Shown: positions 1 to 8,013, counted from the first letter of the stretch. The stretch: DNA of 12,104 nt from Pseudomonadota bacterium (GCA_041178085.1 JBEGVZ010000024.1:1-12104), one strand, 5' to 3'. Translations and numbers: made by a program. Notes: generated by a model not told the origin, from the letters alone.

Positions 1-1288
1 AGGGGGCAGGGTCTACGACAGCCGAAACCGGTGAGTTCGTTGTGTTGTTCCATGGAATCGGTACACCGACCGTTGAATTACAAACCCGGTCCCCGGTAAG
101 TGAACCCGGTGACGGGCTCAAGTGAACGAAAGTCATGCTTGTAATGATTGGAGCCAAGGGATCAGTCGACAGCTGCATACCGCGACCTGCTCGGCTCCAG
201 TCGCTGGCCAAAGCAATCTCACCGGAGATGTCGCTCACGGCCCGAGCTTCGCATGTGATCGGCGAACTGATATCGCTTTGTGTCAGGGTATAAGTTTCGA
301 TCCCATTGGCCTCACGGATGAACTGACCGCCATGGGTGCCGTTCCAGCGGATCTCGAATTTAATCGGGTCGCCATCGGCATCGATGGATCCCTTGGCCTC
401 GCAACGCACGCGACCACCGACGCGGAACTCTGTGCCGATGACCTGAGACAGCGTCACGTAGGGAACGTTCGGCGCGCGGTCGTACACCTGAACTGCTGCG
501 CCACCCGCAACAAAGTGAGAACGAAGGGTGTCCTCCGCGCCGTCCTCGGCTGCGACCACGCACTGGATCTTGTTGCCACGGTCTGCGCGCTCGACAAGGT
601 AAGTCTCAGTCACCGAGCCATCGCTTGCTGTTCGCCTGATGGGCGTCCCGGTGATGCCCGTCCACTCGAAAACGTAACGGACCGGCGTACCTTCCGGGTC
701 GCTCGCCCCTGAGGCAGTGCAAGTCAAACCGGAGTCGACGTATGCGCGGGCTCCGGAAGTCGATTCGAAGTTCACAGCGGGATTCGAGGGAGACGCATGG
801 CTGGCAGAGACTGCAACCGGCTGCGTTATCAGGCCAACAAGAGAAGCCGTGACTGTCGCGTTGCCTGCGAAGCGGTAACTGACGTCACCTTGCGGTCCGA
901 TGTCGACAAGTTTGTAATCGGGGCCGACACTCGAATCAGACTCGGAATAGGTTGCGAAACCGGTGACATCTTCATGCCCGCCGTCCGCATAAGTCGCGAC
1001 CACAGCGAGTTTCCGCGGAGAACCCACAGGAGACCAGTCGCGAACCTCAAGCGTCAGTGCGGACGGCACTTCCAGACGGAAGCGCGGGCCGACCGACTGG
1101 TTCACTGTGTTGCCCTGGTCAAAATTTCCGTCAGCTGGACTTTGCCCGGCGACGATTGCCGCAGGGGCTACGGCCGTGGAAACGTCTGTGCTGCAGCCTG
1201 CGCCAACAAAAGCCAACGTTCCTACGTTCGCCAGGATGGCGAGTCGGAACATTGAACTCTGCGGGCGACAAGGCCTGACCGTCGTCAC
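1..1288 (-). CDS. Putative surface lipoprotein with a Big_2-like domain and tandem Ig-like repeats (3' end outside window; not in ORF track)
   Basis: Manual translation shows a stop-free minus frame from 1321 to the window edge (about 429 codons from GTG 1288). The GTG is preceded by SD-like GGAAGGA; an alternative start is ATG 1252. The N-terminus MFRLAILANVGTLAFVGAG-C (Cys codon 1195-1193) is lipobox-like. It is followed by LAVVATYADGGHEDVTGFATYSESD...GNATVTAS (Big_2-like) and two repeats, LTC..DPEG..FEW..YLVERADRGNKIQC and VRC..DADGD..IRW..YTLTQSDISSPITC. Confidence 0.85.
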   Translation of the reverse strand, partial: MTTVRPCRPQSSMFRLAILANVGTLAFVGAGCSTDVSTAVAPAAIVAGQSPADGNFDQGNTVNQSVGPRFRLEVPSALTLEVRDWSPVGSPRKLAVVATYADGGHEDVTGFATYSESDSSVGPDYKLVDIGPQGDVSYRFAGNATVTASLVGLITQPVAVSASHASPSNPAVNFESTSGARAYVDSGLTCTASGASDPEGTPVRYVFEWTGITGTPIRRTASDGSVTETYLVERADRGNKIQCVVAAEDGAEDTLRSHFVAGGAAVQVYDRAPNVPYVTLSQVIGTEFRVGGRVRCEAKGSIDADGDPIKFEIRWNGTHGGQFIREANGIETYTLTQSDISSPITCEARAVSDISGEIALASDWSRAGRGMQLSTDPLAPIITSMTFVHLSPSPGSLTGDRVCNSTVGVPIPWNNTTNSPVSAVVDPAP

Positions 1289-1330
1289 AGTGCGATTTCC
1301 TTCCCAAAGGGGCGATTCCCTTCAGAAAAG

Positions 1331-1357
1331 ACATCGGACACCCCTGCCGCAACTAAA
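1331..1357 (-). promoter_or_regulatory. Candidate sigma-28 (FliA)-type promoter for the lipoprotein gene
   Basis: Minus strand reads TTTA-N15-TCCGATGT, against the consensus TAAA-N15-GCCGATAA. The spacing is exact and it lies about 43 nt upstream of GTG 1288, but both boxes have mismatches. Confidence 0.4.
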
Positions 1358-1477
1358 GGCCGAATGGGAGCTCCGGTTAGGCGGCATGAAAAAAGCTGTC
1401 CAAAATTAATGCATTATGACTAGAGAGCAGCGCTAACCTCTGGTAATCGCGAGATAACTTGGTGAGGTTTTAAAAAA

Positions 1478-2230
1478 GTGCATAACCATCCAGATATTTT
1501 GAATAAAACGGTCGCAAGACAGATCAGAAAAAAAACGGTCTTTCCGATGTTTCTTCTGTTCCTCCTGATAGATATGAACGCTCTTGGCCAAAGTTCAGTC
1601 ACGCCAACGAGGATTCCGGATAATCTGGTCGTAAAAATTGCCCTCAATCCCGACGGCACGCCCGGACCAGTCGAATCTGCGACCCCCCTGAACTCCTCGA
1701 AAACGATCTCCAGTGATTTCGACGCCCGGGATCTGGTCGATGAAGCCACCAGGCTGGAGCAGGACGAACTGGAAAGATGCCAAGAGAAAATCGATGCCGC
1801 GTTGGATGACTTGCGCCGTGTCGCGCGCCACACGACACTTGAAGACGTGAAAACAGTCACCCTAGCCACCGCCCAAAAATGCAACATCCCGTGTGCGATG
1901 AAACAGGAATTTGGTTTCACCCGTTACGATTCGCTTGGTCGGCAGCACAACCCGTTTGACCGCAGCCTGGCGGGACGAGAAGCTTGCCGTGATACAACAC
2001 AAAGAAATTCGGCCAATGGACGGGGTGGCAGTTCCTGGGAATCCAAGCGGGAATACGATGGATTCACGATCATGGGTCGGGGGCAGCACGTAAATATCAA
2101 CCTGCCGGTTTACGGCATCTTCACAAACCAATACAATCCATATGGGAACAATTACTTCCCGTTCGTGAACGTGCCTTGGCGCTGGTATGAGCCAGATTAC
2201 CTATACTTGATCTATCAACGAGCCCGATGA
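1478..2230 (+). CDS. Hypothetical protein, probably secreted
   Basis: 250-aa ORF with GAGGT 9 nt before the GTG. It has a basic then hydrophobic N-terminus (RQIRKK..MFLLFLLIDMNALG/Q), a helical middle, four Cys and a Tyr/Trp/Pro/Asn-rich C-terminus. The stop overlaps the next start (ATGA 2227-2230). The start is uncertain (1478, 1547 or 1574). Confidence 0.7.
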   Translation: MHNHPDILNKTVARQIRKKTVFPMFLLFLLIDMNALGQSSVTPTRIPDNLVVKIALNPDGTPGPVESATPLNSSKTISSDFDARDLVDEATRLEQDELERCQEKIDAALDDLRRVARHTTLEDVKTVTLATAQKCNIPCAMKQEFGFTRYDSLGRQHNPFDRSLAGREACRDTTQRNSANGRGGSSWESKREYDGFTIMGRGQHVNINLPVYGIFTNQYNPYGNNYFPFVNVPWRWYEPDYLYLIYQRAR

Positions 2231-3297
2231 AAAAACAAAAAACGATCTTCAAGAGCCTCGCCCATGCGGGGCTTTTTTCTGTCTTGTTGACGGCTATCGC
2301 AGCAGGGATTCTTCACGTCCAGGAAGTCCCGTGGCACCTGGCAAGCGCCGGCCTGCTTGTGGCATTTGCGCTGGTGGCGGCTGGATTTCTGTTTGCCGGC
2401 ATGCAGGGGACAGCCGGAAGCACCGTCCACGCATGGACGAAAGCCGCGACACGGCATCCGGCGCGCGTCGCCATCGCAACATGGGTCTGGGCGCTTGTTG
2501 CTTATGGGTTTTATGCTCTGGGCGTCCTGTTTGCGTGGTTGCCTGATGCGGACATCACTTTACGCGGTAGCGGTATCTTCCTGACCATGATCACCGCGCC
2601 GTTGGCACTCGGTGTCGCAGCCCGTGGACGGACTTCAAACGCACGCCCTTTGTGGTTCCTTGGCATCATCGCGCTGATCTGGGCGCCGTTTGATAGCGGA
2701 CTTCTGGCACCGGTCTGGCCATGGCCAGAGGGCGGGGCTGCCTACATGCTGAACGTCTGGATCTCTTGCGTACTTGCAATCTCTGCGATGCGCATCGCAG
2801 GCGCTGACATGTATTTTTCGACCGCGAGTTTTCGGATCCTGCCGGACCTGAGGGATTTTGCAGCGACCATGCGCGACCAGCTTTGGTTCACGCCACTGGC
2901 GATTGGCTTTGGGCTTTTGACTGGTTTTTTTGCGTGGAATCCTAAAATTGCGCCGATTTGGCACTACCCCGTCGAGGCGCTTGGACTGTACTTGACAGTG
3001 GCCCTGCCAGAGGAACTTTTATTCCGGGGACTGATGCAACCCACGCTGGAAAAATTTGCGTGGCCACGCGCCCTGAACCGGCAGCTGCTTGCCAAATGGC
3101 TGACGGCGATCATCTTTGGACTGAGCCATTTGAACAACGATCCTGTCGGCGATTGGCGTTATGTCATGTTGGCAACCATGGCAGGGATCGCCTACGCAAA
3201 CGTTTATGAGAGAACGGGGCGACGCAGCCTTGCAGCTCCGGCATTGCTGCACACCGGCGTCGACTGGTTGTGGTCGACGTTCCTCAGGGCGTTTTGA
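2227..3297 (+). CDS. CPBP (Abi/CAAX type II, Rce1-like) family intramembrane glutamic endopeptidase
   Basis: Multi-TM protein with the catalytic motifs EELLFRG (EExxxR), FGLSH (FxxxH) and HTGVD (HxxxB) in the C-terminal third, plus a long N-terminal multi-TM extension. Confidence 0.92.
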   Translation: MKKQKTIFKSLAHAGLFSVLLTAIAAGILHVQEVPWHLASAGLLVAFALVAAGFLFAGMQGTAGSTVHAWTKAATRHPARVAIATWVWALVAYGFYALGVLFAWLPDADITLRGSGIFLTMITAPLALGVAARGRTSNARPLWFLGIIALIWAPFDSGLLAPVWPWPEGGAAYMLNVWISCVLAISAMRIAGADMYFSTASFRILPDLRDFAATMRDQLWFTPLAIGFGLLTGFFAWNPKIAPIWHYPVEALGLYLTVALPEELLFRGLMQPTLEKFAWPRALNRQLLAKWLTAIIFGLSHLNNDPVGDWRYVMLATMAGIAYANVYERTGRRSLAAPALLHTGVDWLWSTFLRAF

Positions 3298-5158
3298 GGC
3301 GGGCGCGTTCGACCAGATTGTGGATGAAATCTCTGGTTACCGGGCGATCTGCAAAGATTGCGTCTTCAACCTGATCGAGCAGTGCCAGGGCCGTATCTGC
3401 GCGCTCCGTCGAAACGCCCAACCCGCGAATCTCGCGCGGAGTCATGGCATCAACGCGACGCCCGGCCTCAGCTGATAAAAGTTCACGAAGTCCATGACCG
3501 ACACTGACCAGTGCCTGACCCGTCATGCCGGCATCGGCTTCGCGCAACGCCGCATCGAAATGCTCCTTTGAAATCCGCAAGGCATCGACGCCCGATTGGG
3601 TCAAACCGGCAGCAACGTTGGCGGGCTCCATGGCCCCAATCAGACCGTCGTCTTCCACGTCCCCTTGCGGAGAATTCGCGGGATTGCTGACCTGCGTGAA
3701 AGGCCTTTTCTTCCTCGTACGCGACCATGCCGCAGCCGCCAGACCAACACCAGTCACGGCCAGGATCAAAGTGACAAGGGCGCGCGGGATACGTTGCCGC
3801 TGGGGCTGCGACTCAGGCTGTTCCCCTTTGGCTTCGGGCGATTTTCTGGATGCAGGCCTGTCCACAGCGGGCGTTACCTGAATGGTGCCGGGAAGAGCCT
3901 CGACACTGGAGTAACTGCTAGATTGCGGATTGAAAAAGACCAGGGAAACCGCAGGAAGATCTACGGCACCTTCCTGCTGGTTCGGGACAAGCGCAAGCTT
4001 GAATTCCTTGCGCGAACGCAACTCGGTCTGGCCAGCGGCGTCGGTCTTGAATTCTTCCTTGAGTGTGGGCTTGTCCGGGTAGACCTTGCCGGCGCGGCGT
4101 AAATCGTCTTCCACTCTTTCCAGAGTCAATGTGTCAAGCGCCCCAGTGCCCTCGACGGTCACCGCAACCGTGACGCTGTCCCCCGCCTGGACTTCACGTT
4201 CCTGCGGCGTTGCGGTCAGCGAAAATTCACCAACGAGGCCACTAAATCCCGCAGGGGCGCCGGGCGGCAGTGACTTGACCGTAACGCTAACTGGTTTTCC
4301 CTTGACCTCTACTGTCTCTTCGCGGCCAAACAAGCCGTGCAACGACCCCATGCTGCCGCCAAAAAAGCGGTTATTTAAGAAGTCAAAAACACTGCCCCCG
4401 CGTGGAGTCGCGCCCGGCCGCAGGATGTTCGCTTGCAAGCGGTATGGCGGGATGGTGTGCGTCCCGGGCTTCAGCGGGATCAGCACTTCCTTGAATTCAA
4501 CAACCTGGTAGCGAACCCCGTTGATGACACGCTGATAGGTTTTGTCCCCGGGAACGGACAGCATCCGGAATTCGGGGGCACTGTCCCGTTTGGGAGTCGC
4601 GGCCGTCATCTGCACCTTGTGAAAGACTCGGACAGTGCTGGTAAAGGCTTCCCCCACAAAGGGTGCGCGTGACGGCACTTCCCGCTCGATATACAGGTCG
4701 TCGCCGTCCGCGCTTTTGGGCGCGGATTGCCCGGATGGCTGCCGGGCATTAGGGGGCTGCTGGCCGCTGCCGGCGCCGCCTTGCACGGTGAACTTCAGTG
4801 GCAGCGTGGTCACATCTTCCCCGCCGACTTTGAGTTTCCAGGAGGGCACGGTGAATGTGCCTTCCCGCTGGGGAACAATCACGAACGTGTGTTGAACCTC
4901 GGAGCTGAATTCGCCGTTGATCCACTGCATGTTCTGGGCAACGCCCGAATTGACGACTTCACATCCATCGATCACAGGCGCCTCAACATCGCCCTTCAAC
5001 TTGCCGTTAATGGTCAAAGTAACGACAAAGCGGTCGTCCAGGCTGCCCTGCGTCTTGTCAATGAGCGCCTCGACACTTCCCTGGGCAGCCCGCACCGGAC
5101 CTGACAACAGAAACACCGTCAAAGTCAAAATCAAATTGTGAAACAGAATCCGTGTCAC
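3284..5158 (-). CDS. batD: BatD family protein
   Basis: Signal peptide (..LLSGPVRA/A) and beta-rich BatD-type modules (QNMQWING, IVPQREGTFTVP, PFVGE, KSLP..FSGLVGEF, KVYPDKP, FFNP..SY), followed by a C-terminal TM and a helical tail. It is the last gene of the MoxR/Bat operon. Confidence 0.88.
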   Translation of the reverse strand: MTRILFHNLILTLTVFLLSGPVRAAQGSVEALIDKTQGSLDDRFVVTLTINGKLKGDVEAPVIDGCEVVNSGVAQNMQWINGEFSSEVQHTFVIVPQREGTFTVPSWKLKVGGEDVTTLPLKFTVQGGAGSGQQPPNARQPSGQSAPKSADGDDLYIEREVPSRAPFVGEAFTSTVRVFHKVQMTAATPKRDSAPEFRMLSVPGDKTYQRVINGVRYQVVEFKEVLIPLKPGTHTIPPYRLQANILRPGATPRGGSVFDFLNNRFFGGSMGSLHGLFGREETVEVKGKPVSVTVKSLPPGAPAGFSGLVGEFSLTATPQEREVQAGDSVTVAVTVEGTGALDTLTLERVEDDLRRAGKVYPDKPTLKEEFKTDAAGQTELRSRKEFKLALVPNQQEGAVDLPAVSLVFFNPQSSSYSSVEALPGTIQVTPAVDRPASRKSPEAKGEQPESQPQRQRIPRALVTLILAVTGVGLAAAAWSRTRKKRPFTQVSNPANSPQGDVEDDGLIGAMEPANVAAGLTQSGVDALRISKEHFDAALREADAGMTGQALVSVGHGLRELLSAEAGRRVDAMTPREIRGLGVSTERADTALALLDQVEDAIFADRPVTRDFIHNLVERARLKTP

Positions 5159-5191
5159 GCTGCCACCACCTTTTTCGTCGTCAAATCCATC

Positions 5192-6934
5192 TTACCAGTC
5201 TTTTTCGGGCGGATTTTGAGCCTTTTCCTGCTGGTCTTTCGGCAGCATGAAATAAAGATACTTGGACTTCAAGTCGTCGACACTCTTAAGCATCTGCCGG
5301 GCCTGCTCTGGCGAAAGTTCTTTTGGCTCACCAGCGGATTGCTGTTGCTGATCTTTTTTCCCGTCCGCTTCGCTGGGGGAATTTTTCTGCTTGTCTTGCC
5401 CACCGTTTGTCGCTTGTTCGGGCTGCGAAGAAGACTTCCCTTGATCCTGCCGCTGTTGATCCTGCTTCTGTTGTTGGCCTTGTTGCTGCTGCTGATCCTG
5501 ATTTGCCTGCTGATCTTGTTGCTGTTGATCCTGTTGGCCCTGATTCTGTTGTTGATTCTGTTGCTGCTTTTTTTTCTGTTCCCGGACCCAGGCCAGGTTT
5601 TCTGCCGCTTGGCGATCATCCGGCGTACGCTTTAATGCTTCCTCGTAGGCTTTTTCTGCGCCATCAAGGTCATTGGCGCCGACGGCCGCGTTACCTTGAT
5701 TATAAAGTGAACGCGCAGAAACCTCCCCATCCCCAACCTTCGCAGCCTGGTCGAACAACGCGCGTGCACGGGCGTAATCCCCGGCCTCGTAGGCATCGAT
5801 TCCCTGGTTATAAATCTCTTTTATTTTCCGATGATCCGGTGATTTTGCGGCTTGCGCTGCGCCGCCACCAAACGTCACGGCAGCGGCAAGAATTCCAGCC
5901 AGAAAAAAGACCATGACCGATGCTGTCGAACCTGCGCCGGCAAGAGCCGACCACGTCAGCCAGGCAAGGACCACGACACCGACACCAAGAGGCAACTGAA
6001 ACTTCTCGTGCCAGAGTTTCATCTTTCCTGATTCATGCACCGTCTCACCCAGAACTGCCACGAAATCAAGGTTCTTGACGGTGCTGCCCGGAGAGCCCAA
6101 CTCGACGTAGTTGCCCCCCGTCTTGGCGGCGATTCTTTCAAGGCTTTGACCATTGAAACGCGATATCACGACGTTGCCGCGCGCATCCTTTTTAAGTCCA
6201 CCAGAGCGAACGTCGGGCACAGCGGCGCCCTCTGCCGTCCCAACGCCAACGGTAAACACGCGGACGCCCCGCTCCACGGCGGCCTTCACGGCGGCATCCG
6301 ATTCACCCTCAAGGTCTTCACCGTCGCTGATCACAACGATGGCGCGCGCAGACGCGACCCCGGCACCAGCACCACCTGCGTCCATCGCCTCAAGCGCCGT
6401 CCGAATGGCGCCGCCGATGTCCGTGCCTTGGACGGGCATGTCACCTGGGGTCATCAGAAGCAGGTATTCCTTGAGAGCAGCCGTGTCCGCGGTCAGCGGG
6501 CATTGCACAAAACTGACCCCGGCAAATCCGACCAGGCCGATGCGGTCGGCGCGCCCATACTCACCCACGTGTTCCAGCAAATCGAAAACCTCGCGACGGG
6601 CGCGTTCAAAACGCGATGGACGGACGTCATCGGCAAGCATGCTGTTCGACAGGTCGAGCGCAACGAAAATATCCGCGCCGGTGGACTGCACCTCGACTTC
6701 GTCAAACCCTGCGCGGGGGCCGGCCAGGGCGATCACCATCGATGCAACGACCAGGACCGTTGCCACGCGTTCAAGACGGGTGCGTCGCCGCATGGAACTC
6801 CGCGACAACTTGCCCGCGACCCCGAACTGGCGCAGGCGGTCGCCCACGCGCCCCCATCCCCAGCGCATCAGCCACACAAGGGGAATCAGGAAAACCAGTG
6901 TCCAAGTCAGTTTGTGGTCGGCAAAGGTTATCAT
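5192..6934 (-). CDS. batB: BatB-BatC fusion: vWA domain, TPR repeats and Gln-rich tail
   Basis: MIDAS DLSNSM, DVRPSRFERA, DRIGLVGFAG, QCPLT, SDGED and VFTVGVGT motifs. These are followed by TPR motifs (YNQG..Y..GDY..A; YNQGNA....DL..A..AYEEALK..PDD..A..NL), a poly-Q linker and the BatC-type terminus PPEKDW. ATGA overlap with batA. Confidence 0.85.
   Translation of the reverse strand: MITFADHKLTWTLVFLIPLVWLMRWGWGRVGDRLRQFGVAGKLSRSSMRRRTRLERVATVLVVASMVIALAGPRAGFDEVEVQSTGADIFVALDLSNSMLADDVRPSRFERARREVFDLLEHVGEYGRADRIGLVGFAGVSFVQCPLTADTAALKEYLLLMTPGDMPVQGTDIGGAIRTALEAMDAGGAGAGVASARAIVVISDGEDLEGESDAAVKAAVERGVRVFTVGVGTAEGAAVPDVRSGGLKKDARGNVVISRFNGQSLERIAAKTGGNYVELGSPGSTVKNLDFVAVLGETVHESGKMKLWHEKFQLPLGVGVVVLAWLTWSALAGAGSTASVMVFFLAGILAAAVTFGGGAAQAAKSPDHRKIKEIYNQGIDAYEAGDYARARALFDQAAKVGDGEVSARSLYNQGNAAVGANDLDGAEKAYEEALKRTPDDRQAAENLAWVREQKKKQQQNQQQNQGQQDQQQQDQQANQDQQQQQGQQQKQDQQRQDQGKSSSQPEQATNGGQDKQKNSPSEADGKKDQQQQSAGEPKELSPEQARQMLKSVDDLKSKYLYFMLPKDQQEKAQNPPEKDW
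5440..5567 (-). repeat. Low-complexity CAG/CAA-rich tract encoding a poly-Gln linker
   Basis: Encodes QQQNQQQNQGQQDQQQQDQQANQDQQQQQGQQQKQDQQRQDQ, with imperfect GATCAG/CAACAG units. Boundaries are approximate. Confidence 0.85.
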
Positions 6935-8013
6935 CTTGGCACCAGCCGGAATCTGCTCATGGCAAAAAGAATATCGAATAAAAGGAGGATCAAAGCTGGC
7001 CAGACGAAGCTGGCATACAACTCCCGGCGGACTTCGCGGACCGGGGCACGGTTGCGGGTTTTTTCCAGGCGATCGATCTCTGCATAGACGTCGATCAGGG
7101 CTTGGGTATCAGTGGCGCGGAAAAAGCGGCCACCTGTCATGACCGCGATCTTTTCCAGCAACGTTTCGTCGATATCGACTTCGGCCTGGACCGTGCGGCC
7201 GTTGGACTCGATGGGTACCTTGCCGCGGCTGCCTACCCCGATCGTATAAACTTTTATGTTAAGGGCTTTGGCGGCCTCGGCCGCACTCAGTGGATCAATC
7301 CGTCCCGCATTGTTGGCGCCGTCGGTCAAAAGGATCACGATCTTGCCCTGGCGACTCGTCGAGGTTTGTCCGCCATCGCCTGAAAGTCGCTTGACGGCTG
7401 TGGCAAGACCATCGCCGATCGCTGTGGCGTCACCAGCCATGCTGATCTGGATGTGTTTCAAAAACTGTTCAAGAAGTTGGTGATCCAAGGTCAGCGGGGC
7501 TTGCGTGAAGGCCTCGGTTCCGAACACCACGAGGCCGATGCGATCATCCGTGCGCGCAGCGATGAATTTATCGATGACCGCCTTGACCACTTCAAGCCGC
7601 GTTGGGCGCTGCCCCTCGAGGACAAAATCCTGCGCCTTCATGCTACCCGAGGTGTCGATGACGAGTTGGATGTCCAGGCCGTCGACGTTGCGGCTGCGAC
7701 CGCGCGGGCCGGCCTGGGGACGGGCCAGGGCGATGATCGCAAGGACCAGCGCAAAGCACCGGACCCACAGGGAAAAACGGGGGGCGATGTTTGTCACAAC
7801 CCGCCGGAGCAAGTTGTGTGGGCCGCGGCCTGCGGTGGTCGCCTGCCATGCAGCTTGCCAAGGGGATGCGCTGCTGACTTGCAGACGCGCCTTGCGAGAA
7901 GGGCTGCGCACGTGACCCGCGACAAAAAAAGCCAGGGGCACCGCCAGCAAAAGCAAAAACCACGGCTGGTCAAAACCAAAAACACCGCCAAAAATTCCGG
8001 TAGAAGGTGTCAC
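6931..8013 (-). CDS. batA: BatA family vWA domain protein
   Basis: N-terminal F..PWFLLLL TM and LAIIALARPQ, then GLDIQLVIDTSGSM (MIDAS), DRIGLVVFG, QAPLTLD, TAIGDGL, ILLTDGANN, IKVYTIGVG, TGGRFFRA and IDRLEK, ending in a C-terminal TM. Confidence 0.93.
   Translation of the reverse strand: MTPSTGIFGGVFGFDQPWFLLLLAVPLAFFVAGHVRSPSRKARLQVSSASPWQAAWQATTAGRGPHNLLRRVVTNIAPRFSLWVRCFALVLAIIALARPQAGPRGRSRNVDGLDIQLVIDTSGSMKAQDFVLEGQRPTRLEVVKAVIDKFIAARTDDRIGLVVFGTEAFTQAPLTLDHQLLEQFLKHIQISMAGDATAIGDGLATAVKRLSGDGGQTSTSRQGKIVILLTDGANNAGRIDPLSAAEAAKALNIKVYTIGVGSRGKVPIESNGRTVQAEVDIDETLLEKIAVMTGGRFFRATDTQALIDVYAEIDRLEKTRNRAPVREVRRELYASFVWPALILLLFDILFAMSRFRLVPR

Noticed and set aside
122..1255. Plus-strand ORFs 122-712 and 797-1255
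   Set aside because: They are antisense shadows of the minus-strand lipoprotein CDS and have no recognisable motifs.
1528..1535. A8 run near the start of ORF 1478 as a phase-variation tract
   Set aside because: It is short and explained by Arg-Lys-Lys codons; similar runs occur elsewhere in the window.
5440..5567. Possible CRISPR or VNTR array
   Set aside because: It consists of imperfect in-frame codon repeats with no repeat-spacer structure and no cas genes.
5138..5635. Leu-rich plus-strand ORF resembling a membrane protein
   Set aside because: It is the reverse complement of the poly-Gln CAG/CAA tract.
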